Source of the DNA: Nemertoderma westbladi
Lineage: Eukaryota; Animalia; Xenacoelomorpha
Length of the DNA: 63,895 nt
Reading direction: 5' to 3'
Assembly: GCA_032718475.1 (NCBI GenBank)
Contig: JAUCBJ010002602.1
Span: 1 to 63,895, forward strand
Positions 26,176-38,400 of this stretch are shown here, piece by piece. Each line of letters begins with the position of its first letter. Within the stretch, counting starts at the first letter, position 1. Under the pieces are notes generated by a model. The model saw only the letters and a list, made by a program, of their open reading frames with translations, made no database searches and was not told the DNA's origin. Made by a program: the position numbers and the translations under genes.

Positions 26176-26787
26176 ATTTAGAACAGATTGAGTCTGTTGG
26201 TGCAACCGCTTTTATAGAGTTTCCTGCTGGTTGACAAATTTGGCTGAAAATTGTTATTGAATAATAGCCCAATTTGACCACAAATACGCATTCACGCATA
26301 AATGATGCATAAAATTTGCCTCGATATAACGACGTTTCACGTCTATGTGCTCGGGGCAGTCTGCATCACGTAGATGCGCATGAAAAAGTAGCATAATAGT
26401 CGAGACCCAACATGTAGAGTGACAGAATGAACTGCTAGGCCTACTGCACAACCGGTACCGAATTCACGAAATTTACAAACACTTAAAATAAGACTCGATA
26501 TAGCGACAGTGCACGTGCTCGTGACGAGAGCTATCGTTCGATGTATCGCGAGCTCAGATTTGGTGCTTGTGTGTAGAAACGTATAGCTTGGACATACAAA
26601 CAGACAGACAGACACATGAAATTTATATACATACTGATATACAAACTAGACAAAAAAATTAAAAGACTTTTCAATGAAGTTAGCACAATATAAACTGGAA
26701 AAAAAAACACAATAAAATATGGAATTTAATTTTTAAAATGTTTAAACCGGAACAATAGATGGGGAGAAAAATAGAACAATTACTACA

Positions 26788-26838
26788 TTGCTACATTTCG
26801 GACTACTTTCGGTAGACCATCGAACCGTCGTCAGGTTG
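26788..26838 (-). ncRNA. Degenerate hammerhead-ribozyme-like motif (Penelope-like repeat remnant)
   Basis: Minus strand CTGACGA...GGTCTAC-CGAAA-GTAGTCC-GAAA. Extra bases separate the core from stem II. Confidence 0.35.
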
Positions 26839-26902
26839 TAATTTAATTTATACACCAGAGTCCAGAATAACAGACAGATGAACCACTAAGCAAAGCACGG
26901 TA

Positions 26903-27208
26903 AATATTTAAAAATCCCGTTAGATTTTATATACTGTAGAAAATACGGCTGGGAAAATATTAATATTATGTAATAAACAGTTTAGTTATACTAATCTACA
27001 GTATATTACCGTTCAAACTGCACCAATAGAATTTAAACCAATTTTAAGAATTACATTTATATATATTTTAACTAATTAATAAATTATTATATATTAATTT
27101 AGGATAGTCTATAACTAAACTGTTTATTGGCTTATTATATTAATAATTTACCAGCCATAATTTATACATAAAGATCTCTAACTATACTAGCGGGATTTTT
27201 AAATATTG
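26903..27208. repeat. Imperfect inverted repeat (old MITE)
   Basis: AATATTTAAAAATCCCG...AATAAACAGTTTAGTTATA versus TATAACTAAACTGTTTATT...CGGGATTTTTAAATATT. Confidence 0.65.
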
Positions 27209-27449
27209 GGTAAATCGATTTTTTGACATAAAAATAATTTAATTTTTTTTTAAATATATAATTGTTATAAGGTGAAATGAAATAGTATACTTAAAGCGAA
27301 TATAACTAATAGAATAGGCCTACTTAAACTTATTTATAAATAATAATAGTAACTGTACCTATACTTCAAAAATATTAATGCCTAAATATAGAACCAAACA
27401 AGTCCTCTACGGTAAACAGAGAACAAGACAACATTATATAATGTATGTA

Positions 27450-28316
27450 CTCTGAAGTCCCGAATAGACGCAAGGGGTGGAACAAACGTGGTCGTTGGAA
27501 AAAATTCATTATGCTAATAATCTGGGTGGTTGGAATATACGTGGTGGGCGGAAAACAAAATTTTTCAAACGATTTTTATACAGGCCAAATTTGCTTTCTT
27601 TCTCTTTCAAGTCTCAATTATGAGAACAACAGTTTTTTACTCATTATAATAAAATTTTTTAGAAAATATTCATAGTCGGGGTGGGGTGTCTGGTATAAGA
27701 TAATTTTATTGTGGGTGGATTTTTTTTCAAAAATTAATAGCCGTGTGTCGCCCCAGCCGTGTGTCGCCCCAGCCGTGTGTCGCCCCAGCCATGTGTCGCC
27801 CCAGCCGTGTGTCGCCCCAGCCGTGTGTCGCCCCAGCCGTGTGTCGCCCCAGCCGTGTGTCGCCCCTGCCGTGTGTCGCCCCAGCCGTGTGTCGCCCCAG
27901 CCGTGTGTCGCCCCAGCCGTGTGTCGCCCCAGCCGTGTGTCGCCCCAGCCGTGTGTCGCCCCAGCCGTGTGTCGCCCCTGCAGTGTGTCGCCCCAGCCGT
28001 GTGTCGCCCCAGCCGTGTGTCGCCCCAGCCGTGTGTCGCCCCAGCCGTGTGTCGCCCCAGCCGTGTGTCGCCCCAGCCGTGTGTCGCCCCAGCCGTGTGT
28101 CGCCCCAGCCGTGTGTCGCCCCAGCCGTGTGTCGCCCCAGCCGTGTGTTGCCCCAGCCGTTTGTCGCCCCAGCCGTGTGTCGCCCCAGCCGTGTGTCGCC
28201 CCAGCCGTGTGTCGCCCCAGCCGTGTGTCGCCCCAGCCGTGTGTCGCCCCAGTCGTGTGTCGCCCCTGCCGTGTGTCGCCCCAGCCGTGTGTCGCCCCGT
28301 CTATTCGGGACTCTAA
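27450..28316. mobile_element. MITE with a 16 bp minisatellite (~35 copies, 27740-28297)
   Basis: AGTCCCGAATAGACG / CGTCTATTCGGGACT inverted pair, left end preceded by TA. Unit CCGTGTGTCGCCCCAG abuts the right TIR. Confidence 0.85.
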
Positions 28317-28599
28317 TTGAAAAATTGCTGTACAATCTAAAAAAATAATTAAACAAGAAAAATTTCAGTTACCAGATTTAAAAAGGTATATAAAAAATAA
28401 TATTTCACAGATACTGTGCCGGATACCTTCGATACGAAGACTGTTGAGTTTATTAGAAGACTCAGTTTGTACAATGATACATTTAAAATATTAAAAAAAG
28501 TCCTAGTAAGTAGTGACTAAAGAGAAACACTATATAAAGTGTCTGTGTCTCAGTGTCACTGTCTCAGTGTCACACTGAATGGCTGATACCTTGGAAGAC

Positions 28600-29050
28600 G
28601 GTTGGGTTAAAGGCACACCATAAAAATGTGTTCAAGGAATAAACAGGCCTGAAGGCTGGCTCGTTGGTCATCTAGGTGCCAACTTAAATGCCATATCTAG
28701 TCTACAGCCTATGGATCACAGTAGGGTGAAGAAACCGATGTTCGTTGTAAATTACAACACCTTGTCGGCTATCCTTTAGGAACACCACAAAAGGATTTAT
28801 TGGAATTTTCTTATCAATGTAGCTATCAGCCATCTCGCCAATAAGGGAATCCATGTCGGCATGATCAACAGCCTCCATTATAAACGAAAGTATACAGTCC
28901 TTAATGGAAGGTCTCCACACCTTCCGAGATGCACCCTTTGAAAGGTGCACCGATACCTTGTTACACAATCGCGACGGAATTTCAATAAGGGCCTTACATA
29001 TAAATTCTTCATTAACAGATGTAGGAGCAGGAACTTTAAGGAGAGAAGCT
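28600..29050 (-). pseudogene. Remnant resembling the accessory ORF of animal CACTA/EnSpm elements
   Basis: WRPSIKDCILSFI...INPFVVF followed out of frame by DMAFK. Recalled resemblance only. Confidence 0.4.
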
Positions 29051-32000
29051 GCTAGTGCAAGAAAACTATCTTAAAGAGTGAGTTTTTATTTACATTTTCC
29101 CTTTTGGATAACGTCGAAAGTGTATGAAAATCAAAATTAATACACTGGTAAATGACACTGTTATCTTTCAAATATGAAAAATCGGGAAATATCAACTCAT
29201 CTTAGTGCAATCCAACCACCCGATAAGAAGAAGTATCTTCATGTTCACCTTTAGTGTAACCATTATATATCAAGTGATTCCAGCTCAAATCACACTGGGA
29301 TCGCAGAACTTTAAATTCAATTTCGTTTATAGGTTGTGTACCTTCGCCCGAGACATCGATCGCCCTGGTTGGCACGACTCTTCGACTGTTGAAAGAGCTT
29401 TAAGTTTTCTTTTTCCTGTGATCCAACGGAAATAGAGTTTTCCAGAAGGGATGACAGTTTCTTACATCTTACCAGAAATGCTCTTCTTAACCGTAGGTTT
29501 CTTTAGAAGATACGTGGCACTGTGTTCATAGAAAAATAAATTTTCAACCATAACAGCCACAGACTGCAAAACACTGATTTACACCACCACTGTGATTTAC
29601 AGTAGTTAGGCCTGCAATAATTAAATTAACTAGAGAATTTCGCTGGTGTTCCTCAAGTTTCTCAATCCAGAGCGATCGGTATCAGCTCGTTATTGCAAGA
29701 TTTATTTGCGATCAATCACATGATTGTTGATAAAATAATATTACTAATTGGAATATAAGTTAGTTATATTAATTGAATCGCATTATTTTGTCACTTAACC
29801 AAAACATTTCTTCAATTTATTTGAAAAGATAAATCTGGTCAAAATACAAAATATATTTGGTCAAAAAATATTTATTTTAACAAAATATTTATTTAAATAT
29901 ATGGATCTAATCAAATTGAAAAAATTTTCGAAGAAACTGGCTGTATAATCCAATAAACGGTTCAAACAAAATGTATTTCAACCAACAAAATTTTTTCTAA
30001 GAGTGTAAAATATATTAATTATCAATAACATGTATTTTTAATAATTTTCCAAAATAAAACTGCAACCTTTTCGGCTGAATTTTGTTTATTATTTTGGTTA
30101 TAATAACGTGCTACTAGGTAACATCTAAAAAAATATATTTAGTAAGTTATTTAAATAATGAGCATTAACTATGGAATAAAAATAATTACAAGAAAATTAA
30201 AAAAAATTGGAATCAGCATCAGGGATATATTGCAAGCTGTTGATTCTCAATTAAATTGGGATTTCTACAATATGCATAATTCTTGCTTATTGTTTTGGTT
30301 CCTTTCACTGTGTTGCATCCTTTGTGTTGGTGTGAATGAAGGTGCAGGTGTACCAGCACCCCCCCCCCCCCCCCCAAACCCAAGGGGAAGCATTTAAAAG
30401 TTTGCATTTTAAATACCGAATGGATACCACTTCTTCGCCCTGCTTGCTCACGCTCAGTGTATAGTTAGACCAATGGTTGTCATTATTGCAATATTAACCT
30501 CTCAATTACAGTGGCTAAATATCCTAGCCATAGATAGCAATCGTAATAATATTATAAGATTGCGTAACTTGGGAATTTAACATCTGCAGTGATAATGATG
30601 ATGGTTAATGATGAAGAAATATAATTTATCATGCTGGGTGTCACGCATACATTGCAGTACCAGTATATAAACCATGTGGTTACTACTCAGTAATTATTGA
30701 ATTTCAAGGATTACAGTTAGTTGTTATATGCAAAGCCTCAGAATATTATATATGTTTACACAAACGTAACAGCACGGCAATAAAATTACATTTGTTTTTT
30801 TCGTAATGTTTTTAGGTAGGTAAAATTGCCTATAAATATTTCCAGCACATAGTTAACCACAATAATAAATAAGTGGTGCCGCCACCCTCCTGAAGGAAAC
30901 TCCATTGTACTTAAAGTTGGGGGAACATCATAAAGTGGTTTGATTTGCAGCAATTGTCTCACCAGGAGGGATTCAATATCAATAGGCCTAAAGAATCAAA
31001 AAACATGCAAGAAACCATGAAGCATTCTGTACGCGCTTTTGAAGACCTTTAGCAGTTTAACCTGCCAAAATTTATATGTCTTTTGGTTTATAAATAGACT
31101 TTAGAAGGTGACAAATATTTAATACCAATAAACACAACATTAGCAGAAGCCAGCCTAGTGCGCGTCCATTCACCCGCTGGATATACCCGGGGGGCTGGAT
31201 TCTGAGGGCTTAGATTATTATTGCAGTGTAAGCTTACTGTACTGTATTATTCGATTGATCGTTAATAATTAATTTCTGACTAATATTATTTACTTTCGGG
31301 AAATATTAACAGTTCCTTTAGGACGTGGCGCTCTATCTAAGTAAACCGAGATATGACTTATACTAATCACAACGGTAAGTCGGTAAGGCTTATGATTCAC
31401 GTATGAGGCGCATTCTTTAGGAAATGCTTAGTTATCAGTCACAATCATGCACACTACCGGTAACACACAATACTGCTCACTAATTTGCCGACCGTCAATG
31501 AATTTTATCATATATAAAGAGAACAGCAACGGATTCATGTAGTGCTTATCAAATAGCATTAAATTCACTACAAACCACAATAATATAAGTCGCAATCGCT
31601 ATATATAACCCGTCTCTCTAACCTGTAGTGTATCAAGAAAATTGGGAAATTTGGGTTCTTTATAAATGTTCTCCAAATAATATTCAACCAAAAAACAGCA
31701 AACTATTAAGACGGTAGGTTAAGATATGATATGACAATGTACTGATATGGACCGATAACAGTTATACGCTCTATAATCTTAAGCCTACTAATGTTTCTTC
31801 TAAAGTCTGAAACGAATTGACTCTAGAGCCGGTGTTCCTGGCCTAGATAGCAACAACACAAAGTATCACAAAAACAGTAAGACTGAACACTCCTAGTATC
31901 ATCGGCCGAATATCTACACGTCGACAGAAAAAATCGCTCTGATTGGCTCAAACCAAACAAAGAACCGTGCGTCCAATGGCTGTTTCCATGCCAGCAACCA

Positions 32001-32340
32001 GCTGCTAGATGTCGCAATCTGAATCATCACGGCTAAGCTGTGAAAGGTATTTGGTGCATTGCAGGTTTTTTGCCTTACCATGTCCGCCAAAACACGTATA
32101 TAGCAGAATGACTTTTATGTCCGTTAAAATACCTATAACGGTACCTTGCGGGCGAGGGGAATATATATACAGTTAGAGAACCTTTTTAGAGTATTCCAGC
32201 GCCTGGGGGGAAACTGGATTGCGAAGCAAAGGGGCCAGTTATATCCCACAGAAGCTTTTACACCGCTCCCAGAAAATGGGATTTGAGTCTATAAAATATA
32301 CAAAATCACAGTTTCTAATATACGTAAATACTCTAAACAG

Positions 32341-33789
32341 TTAGTCTTTCTTGTGCGGACGGCGTTTACGCAGTTTTTTAAAGCTAGCCAGAGTCCTTTT
32401 CTCTTTGGGGCGAGCCACTTTACAAGGAGGGCTATAACTCCTGGGTGAAGGGTGCAATATGATTGCATCAGAGGGTGTAGGATTATGGTCGGTGTATCCG
32501 CCAGTCGAAGTACCGGGTTGATTGACATCAACGTCAGGGGAGAGGGGTCTAACGGCTTTGAGAGCTCGTTTCAAGACAGCCGCTCTTACGGGTCCTTTAC
32601 GAGTGGTCTGAACGAGGGCCGTGGGTGGACCATAGGCAGTTAGAAACCTCCGGGGTTTAATGGTCCTTTCCAACTCGCGTTCGCGGGCTCGGTATTCGTA
32701 AGGCCGTCGATATACTTCCTGTAACTCAGGGTGTGAGTTAACAAACAAGTCTCCATAGTCCGGATCCTGACGGATATGATTGATTAAGTTATAGGAATGA
32801 AGGTCGCTAGGATTAACACTCCTGAGAAATTTGCGTACGAATTTGGTTGAAATACATTCTCCGACGCGCTTCAGTAGCTCGTAACTTGATATGCGTGATT
32901 TCTGTTCGACAGAAGCGAATAGATAAGGATGGAACGCATAAATTCCTTCGTAAGCGCATCCAGGATAATAGCGATGGCGCGAATCACAATGTAAATCAGC
33001 GTTCGCTTCCCAAGCTCTGATGTAACGTAGTGTGATCATTTCATCTACGCTTTCCAAATCGCGATTAAAAGGGCAATCGAAACTGGCATGTCCCTTTAGT
33101 TGACAATGGTGACATTGAGTCATAAATTGAGGGCAAACCGCAAAAATGTGCAAATTATTAAATCTGCAATACGCGCAATAAATTTCCATCGCCGGTTGTT
33201 CGTGGAAATAGGAACAGCGGACGTTTGTGTCCATGGGCGTAACATGGTCTCTCGATGCGCATAACCGACAACGTTGCCGAGAAACATAGTTGGCATGGCG
33301 ATAATCGTACGCAGTGAGACACTGTGGACCTTGATACCATTCTAGGATGTAATCGTTGTCGCTGTTCCGAGCGCGATAGGCTGAATCTCCTCAGATTCTA
33401 GGCATATTGGTTCGTCTTCTCAGTCTGTTACGAATAGAATTTTCGTGATCTATTCTCGGTTTATCGTTACGACGCCGCTGGGTATGATATTTAAATAGAA
33501 CCATTTCCCTTTCGGTGTCTACATCGTCCGTATCATGTAAATCGATAGGATGGCCGGTAGTTAGGAAGTCCATATACGTACTATTACGATGCGTATAGCG
33601 AGCGGTGAATTTTCGATAGTCCAATTCACGTGTAAGTTGCTCTTGGGACATCGGCGGTTCGATATAACGACCATCGTCCTCCGTAATGGTTGGATCGGCT
33701 TCACCGCGTATCAAGCTATCCACAAATGCTTGTAAAGGTAGAGTATATCGCTCCCTGATACCAAGATCATCTTCTATCAACTCCGTCAT
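32341..33789 (-). CDS. Extra ~482-codon ORF with three CCHC-like knuckles and a basic tail; one internal TGA (33391-33393)
   Basis: The 132 aa and 297 aa ORFs are in one frame joined by open sequence. Knuckles CRLCASRDH..C, CAYCRFNNLHIFAVC and CHHCQLKGHASFDC. Confidence 0.7.
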
Positions 33790-35420
33790 ATCTGCTATTT
33801 GGGTTGATTAATATTATAATGAGTTTATGTTTAGGCGAGCGGGCGTCGCTGCCTACCTTCTTTGCCCCCGGACAGTGGGATTCTCAGCGCCGATGTATCG
33901 TCGTCGCGGTGTTTACGCCAACATGTAGCAACAGCACGACAACGACAACCGGCACAAGTCACTCCACTGTCCGTCCCAAAGGCTTGAATCCACTTTAGGT
34001 TCTTTCTATAGGAGAGTTGGGCTACTTTCACAATTGCGACTAGCTACTGTAAACACACCTTAGCAGTAACATTCACCTACAAACGCACAAATTCCACACA
34101 ACTGTCACCAATTGTACACATACAGGCCATTTGTCCGTTAGTCAGTGCCTTCCAGAATGTCACGTTATTACTGTGTATCCTTGGATACTAACAGTGTGCT
34201 ATGTATTCTCTATGCAATGCAATGGGACAAGCTTTCTGTTGTTCTTTTAACTTGCTTCTAATTCTAGCGTGGGTGTTGCTATGGTGACATTATGGAATGC
34301 TAGCGGTAGAATTAGGGTAATTATCATGCATACAGATCTGGGATGCTATTTAATAATAATTCTTTAATTGTCAATATCCTCTTTATGTATGATTTTATTA
34401 ATTTTATCGGCTATTGACTATATGTTGGAGATTCTCGCACTCTAATGCACTCAATAGGATGAATCTCCGCTCCCATGATCTATTAATTAATGGAATTTTG
34501 GGAATGTTATAAATTGCGCAAAATGACAATTTATGAAATTCATTTAAAAAATATGAATTTAAATTTATTCCCGTGAATTTTATTATTTGATGTTAAGATT
34601 GACACAATTTTTATTCCAGAGCATGTCTGGGGACTGAGGATCCTTAATTCTAGAAAATTGCCTTTTAAGAATATCGGTAAGTGCTACGATATCTTAATTG
34701 ACTAGAAATTTAAAGGATCTGAATTTTACAGATTTTACTAAATATTAAATTAATATTTAAGATGGGCACCGATTTATTCCAGAGCTTGTCTGGGGACGTT
34801 AACCACTGATTCTAGAATTTGTCTTTCAAGTATATCGGTGGGTGCCGCGATATCTTAATCGACTAGAATTACAGATGGTGAAAAGGTTTAACAGATTTAT
34901 TTGCGTTTCACGCTACTGTTAGAGGGACATCACGCTACTATATGTATTATTTAATATAAGGTAGAAGAGCAATATCGCACGAAGCAATGTCAGTGTGAAG
35001 AGGCAAGTCGTTTCCAAGGTCTACCCAGAGCTTGGCTTAGCCGAGACACGAGGATCTGAACTTTGCATTCCTAATACTCTGCCTACCAATAATACTTGAA
35101 TATAGTAGTGGCTTTATTGTACTTTAAGAAGTACGGACATTTCATCTTACTGTAGTCACGTATTTATAATATGATACGGACAGTAAGGAAAGAGAAAAAT
35201 AATTATTTTCTTGCCGTCGCACTAAATATATATTATAAGTAATTACGTACGTAATAAACACTAATATATTGCACTAATCTACTAAATAATCACTAAAATA
35301 ACATTCTACTAAATAAAATTAAAGGAAACGATTATAATAAAATTACATAATAATACATACATAAATATAAAATAAAAACAAATATAAAATGATATAGTCA
35401 CACGCCCACTCCATATGTTA

Positions 35421-38400
35421 TTACGTTATGGAGTCCCTAGATATTTGTCGGATTAGGGAAGTGGTCGTAGGAAGAGTATCTTGCCTTCCATAGTTTCCGG
35501 ACAGTTTTCGGTCTCTTTCCAGTAAACATAAACGACCAGCTGGGCGATTGAGTTGTTGTGTTACTTTCTCCGCTCCCTTGGCCTGTCTAATCTCCGCCGG
35601 GGTAAGATGAGGAGGCCATTCTTCTTCTTCTTTACTTAAGAAGTCGGATCCACCTAACCAGCCTGGAGTATCTATCAGTTCTTGAGGAGTTGCTCCTCTG
35701 GAAGCGATGTCGGCTGGATTAATCGTCCCAAGGCAATGTCTCCATTGATCTACATTGGAGTTAATATCGTCATTATCTGAGGAGTATGGTGTTCCCTCAG
35801 TTGGATCGTCCACATCACTGCTCTCCACTTCCCATTCCTTTACTTGGTATACCTGTTGTTGAGGTAATCTCTCTTTGAGAGTTCTACGGGAAGGGCCAGT
35901 GAAGTACCAACCTACTCTAGTTCTTACCGCATAGGTTTGTAGTGGCTGCGGTTGAGCAGGCCGTTTCTCCAATGTCTCGAGCGCCTCATGCGCATTTTGG
36001 CCGATGAGTATTTGCACTCCAGGATAATCTGTCTGGAATCGAGGTATCTTAAGATGTTGGATGCTCTCATCCTCGTCCCAATTATAAAGGTCTGCTTGGG
36101 TAGCAGCGAAGTTCTTTATAGCCACCATTTTTACCGACCTTATACCTTGTGCTCCTAATTTATCCTGGGGGGTGGACAACACACCTACATAGTAGTCTGC
36201 CGTTAGGGTAGATTTCCAAACCTGCATAATTCCTGACATATTCAATTTAGTCCGGAATTTGGGTTGTCCAGCAAAAATATCTTCGGCTAGTTCTTGATCG
36301 ATGAATGTTCCTGTGCTGCCGGAGTCAAGGAGGGCGTTCACTATGTAACTTTTGTTAGGACCATGAACTCTTACCTGCACTACAGGAAATTCTCTGATTC
36401 CTACGTTGGAAGTTGGAGCTTTCCAAGATGGTTGTTTGGCAAAAGTAGTTGGGGGAAACTCATTGTTGGTGTCCTTTTCATAAGTAAGTGCTCGATACAC
36501 TGAGGTATTTATTAGGTAACAGGATTCGTTGGCGTCGGAGAATTCGTCAGTATAGAATCCGTCCATCTCAGACTCTTGATCAGTGTCATTTACATCACTG
36601 AATTGGACATGTAGTTCGGGCTCACTTACCTGACTCGGGTTGTCTCGTTCGAACTCACTGTGTAACAAGATGTGATGTTTCGCGCCACACTTTGCACACT
36701 TTACGTCGGAGTAACAGGTTCGCCGTTGGTGTCCTGATCTGAGGCAATTATAGCATAACCGCTTATTCCACAGGACTGTACGTCTGTCTACAGGGGATTT
36801 CTTTAGAAATTCAGCACACGCACTCAAACGGTGGGGCCCGTCGCACAGCGCACATTTTGGTTTGATGTTACTCACCTTACCTTGGGTAACGTTATGCACT
36901 CTCGTTCTTTCTTCGGGCTTTCTTCCGTGAATTCTCTTAGGAGACGTAGGAGGAGTTGTTGTTACCTGTTCTCTCCTGTCACTGATTCGAGACTTGTATT
37001 TACTTACGTCTTTATAGGTCTTGTTGTCATAGTAAGATTTTGCTGTGTCTTTCCCGCTGTCCTCTTCTTGAGAAGCTTGGCTTTCGCCGTCGTCAGTGTA
37101 ACACACCGGTGTTACTCTTCTCCTAGAAGCAGGTTTCTCACTTACCTTATTTTCCGATGTTTTCTCTCTGGACTGCTTGATGAGTTGTAGTTTTACTTCA
37201 CCATCTAAGAAGGACATGAGATCAGTCATGGTAGGGCTTCGTCGTTGTTGTTCATTCATGTACAACACTTTCTTGTCCCAACGTGTACATACTCCACCCT
37301 TGGGTAAAGTAGAGACTACTGCTCCAATAACCATGGAACTCTGATATTCATGAGACTTACCTAACCAGTCCAATTGTCTACAGATTTCCTGAATTTCATC
37401 GGAAAACTCTATAATCCCGCTACTAAGGAAGTGTCGGGGGGCTACTAATTTTGCATACAAATACTTAGCTATGTTATCCTTGTTACCATACCTGATGTTT
37501 AATGTATCCCATACTTGTCTTAATCCTTCTGGATGTCCAATAAACTTTAACGCCATTAACCTGGGAGGTCCTTCCAAGCACTTGATGAGGAACCTAAGTT
37601 TCTCTCCGTTAGATAGTACAGAGTTTTGTATGCTGTCTTTGTAATATTCGTTGAAAGGTAACCATTTCATCTCATCTCCATTGAATTTGACGATCTCTCC
37701 CACTTTGACCGCTTGGCGGGCTTCTGTTCTAGCCATCTGACGCGTAAAGCTTTCTTGGGCCATCGTGTTATTGAATATCGAATTATCGGTATATAAATTT
37801 CTCGGATCATTATCAGGTCTATAAGGAATATCATTAACAACAGGTCTACAATCACCCCCAATAGGGTTTGCTATAGGAGTTTCTACTTCACTAGCAGTAT
37901 AGATGCGTGTAGGCTCCACACCTTGCGCATGTAATACTTCAGACCTAACAGGCTGACACAATGTTACAGGGGGTATGGGTATACCCTTTGGTATGTTGAC
38001 TAATTTGTCGCGTTCTAGCGCGATACTTTGCTGCACTTCTTGCAATTCGGCCCTACCTTCCCTTACTGTTCCCTTAAGTTGGTGGACAGTCTCCTGCATC
38101 TGTCCGAGCAGGAGATTCATCCCCCGCCGTCCCTCCTCTACCCACTCAACCGCCGAAGCGGGAGTCGCCAACATTGTAGCGGGCTGACGCGGGACGACGG
38201 GAGACAAATCTTTGATTTCTCTCTCAGCTTCCAGGACAGGGATATTCTCATGGACTGTTCTACCGGGTACAGGCAGGGTAGTACTGTGTAAAGGGAACTT
38301 AGAGTTAAGCTCTGGAAGTACAGGGGTCTCTAGCACAGGAGTGACTTTGGGAACGACAGGCCTAATTATTTCAGGCTCATCAACTATGGTAGGGAGTCTT

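Larger units (their letters stand above)
19501..26637 (-). mobile_element. Non-autonomous Helitron with internal tandem array, interrupted by Gypsy
   Basis: On the minus strand it starts A|TC followed by a (TGTC)n microsatellite. It ends with the GC hairpin GTGGCCC-GAA-GGGCCAC and CTAG|T. Confidence 0.8.
18836..30005. mobile_element. Probable decayed CACTA/EnSpm-like element hosting the Helitron, Gypsy and MITEs
   Basis: Ends CACTCTAAAAAAAATTTT and AAAATTTTTTCTAAGAGTG, AT-rich subterminal regions, and an accessory-ORF remnant at ~28600-29050. Flanking dinucleotides differ (TG vs TA). Confidence 0.45.

Noticed and set aside
27709-28356. Cys/Pro-rich keratin-associated-like ORFs
   Set aside because: Artefact of the 16 bp minisatellite, which is open in several frames.
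31823-32017. Identical 64 aa ORF also at 42683-42877
   Set aside because: It is LTR sequence present twice, with a non-ATG start.
33391-33393. Selenocysteine or programmed readthrough at the internal TGA
   Set aside because: No SECIS or typical readthrough context recognised; a point mutation is simpler unless shared by other copies.
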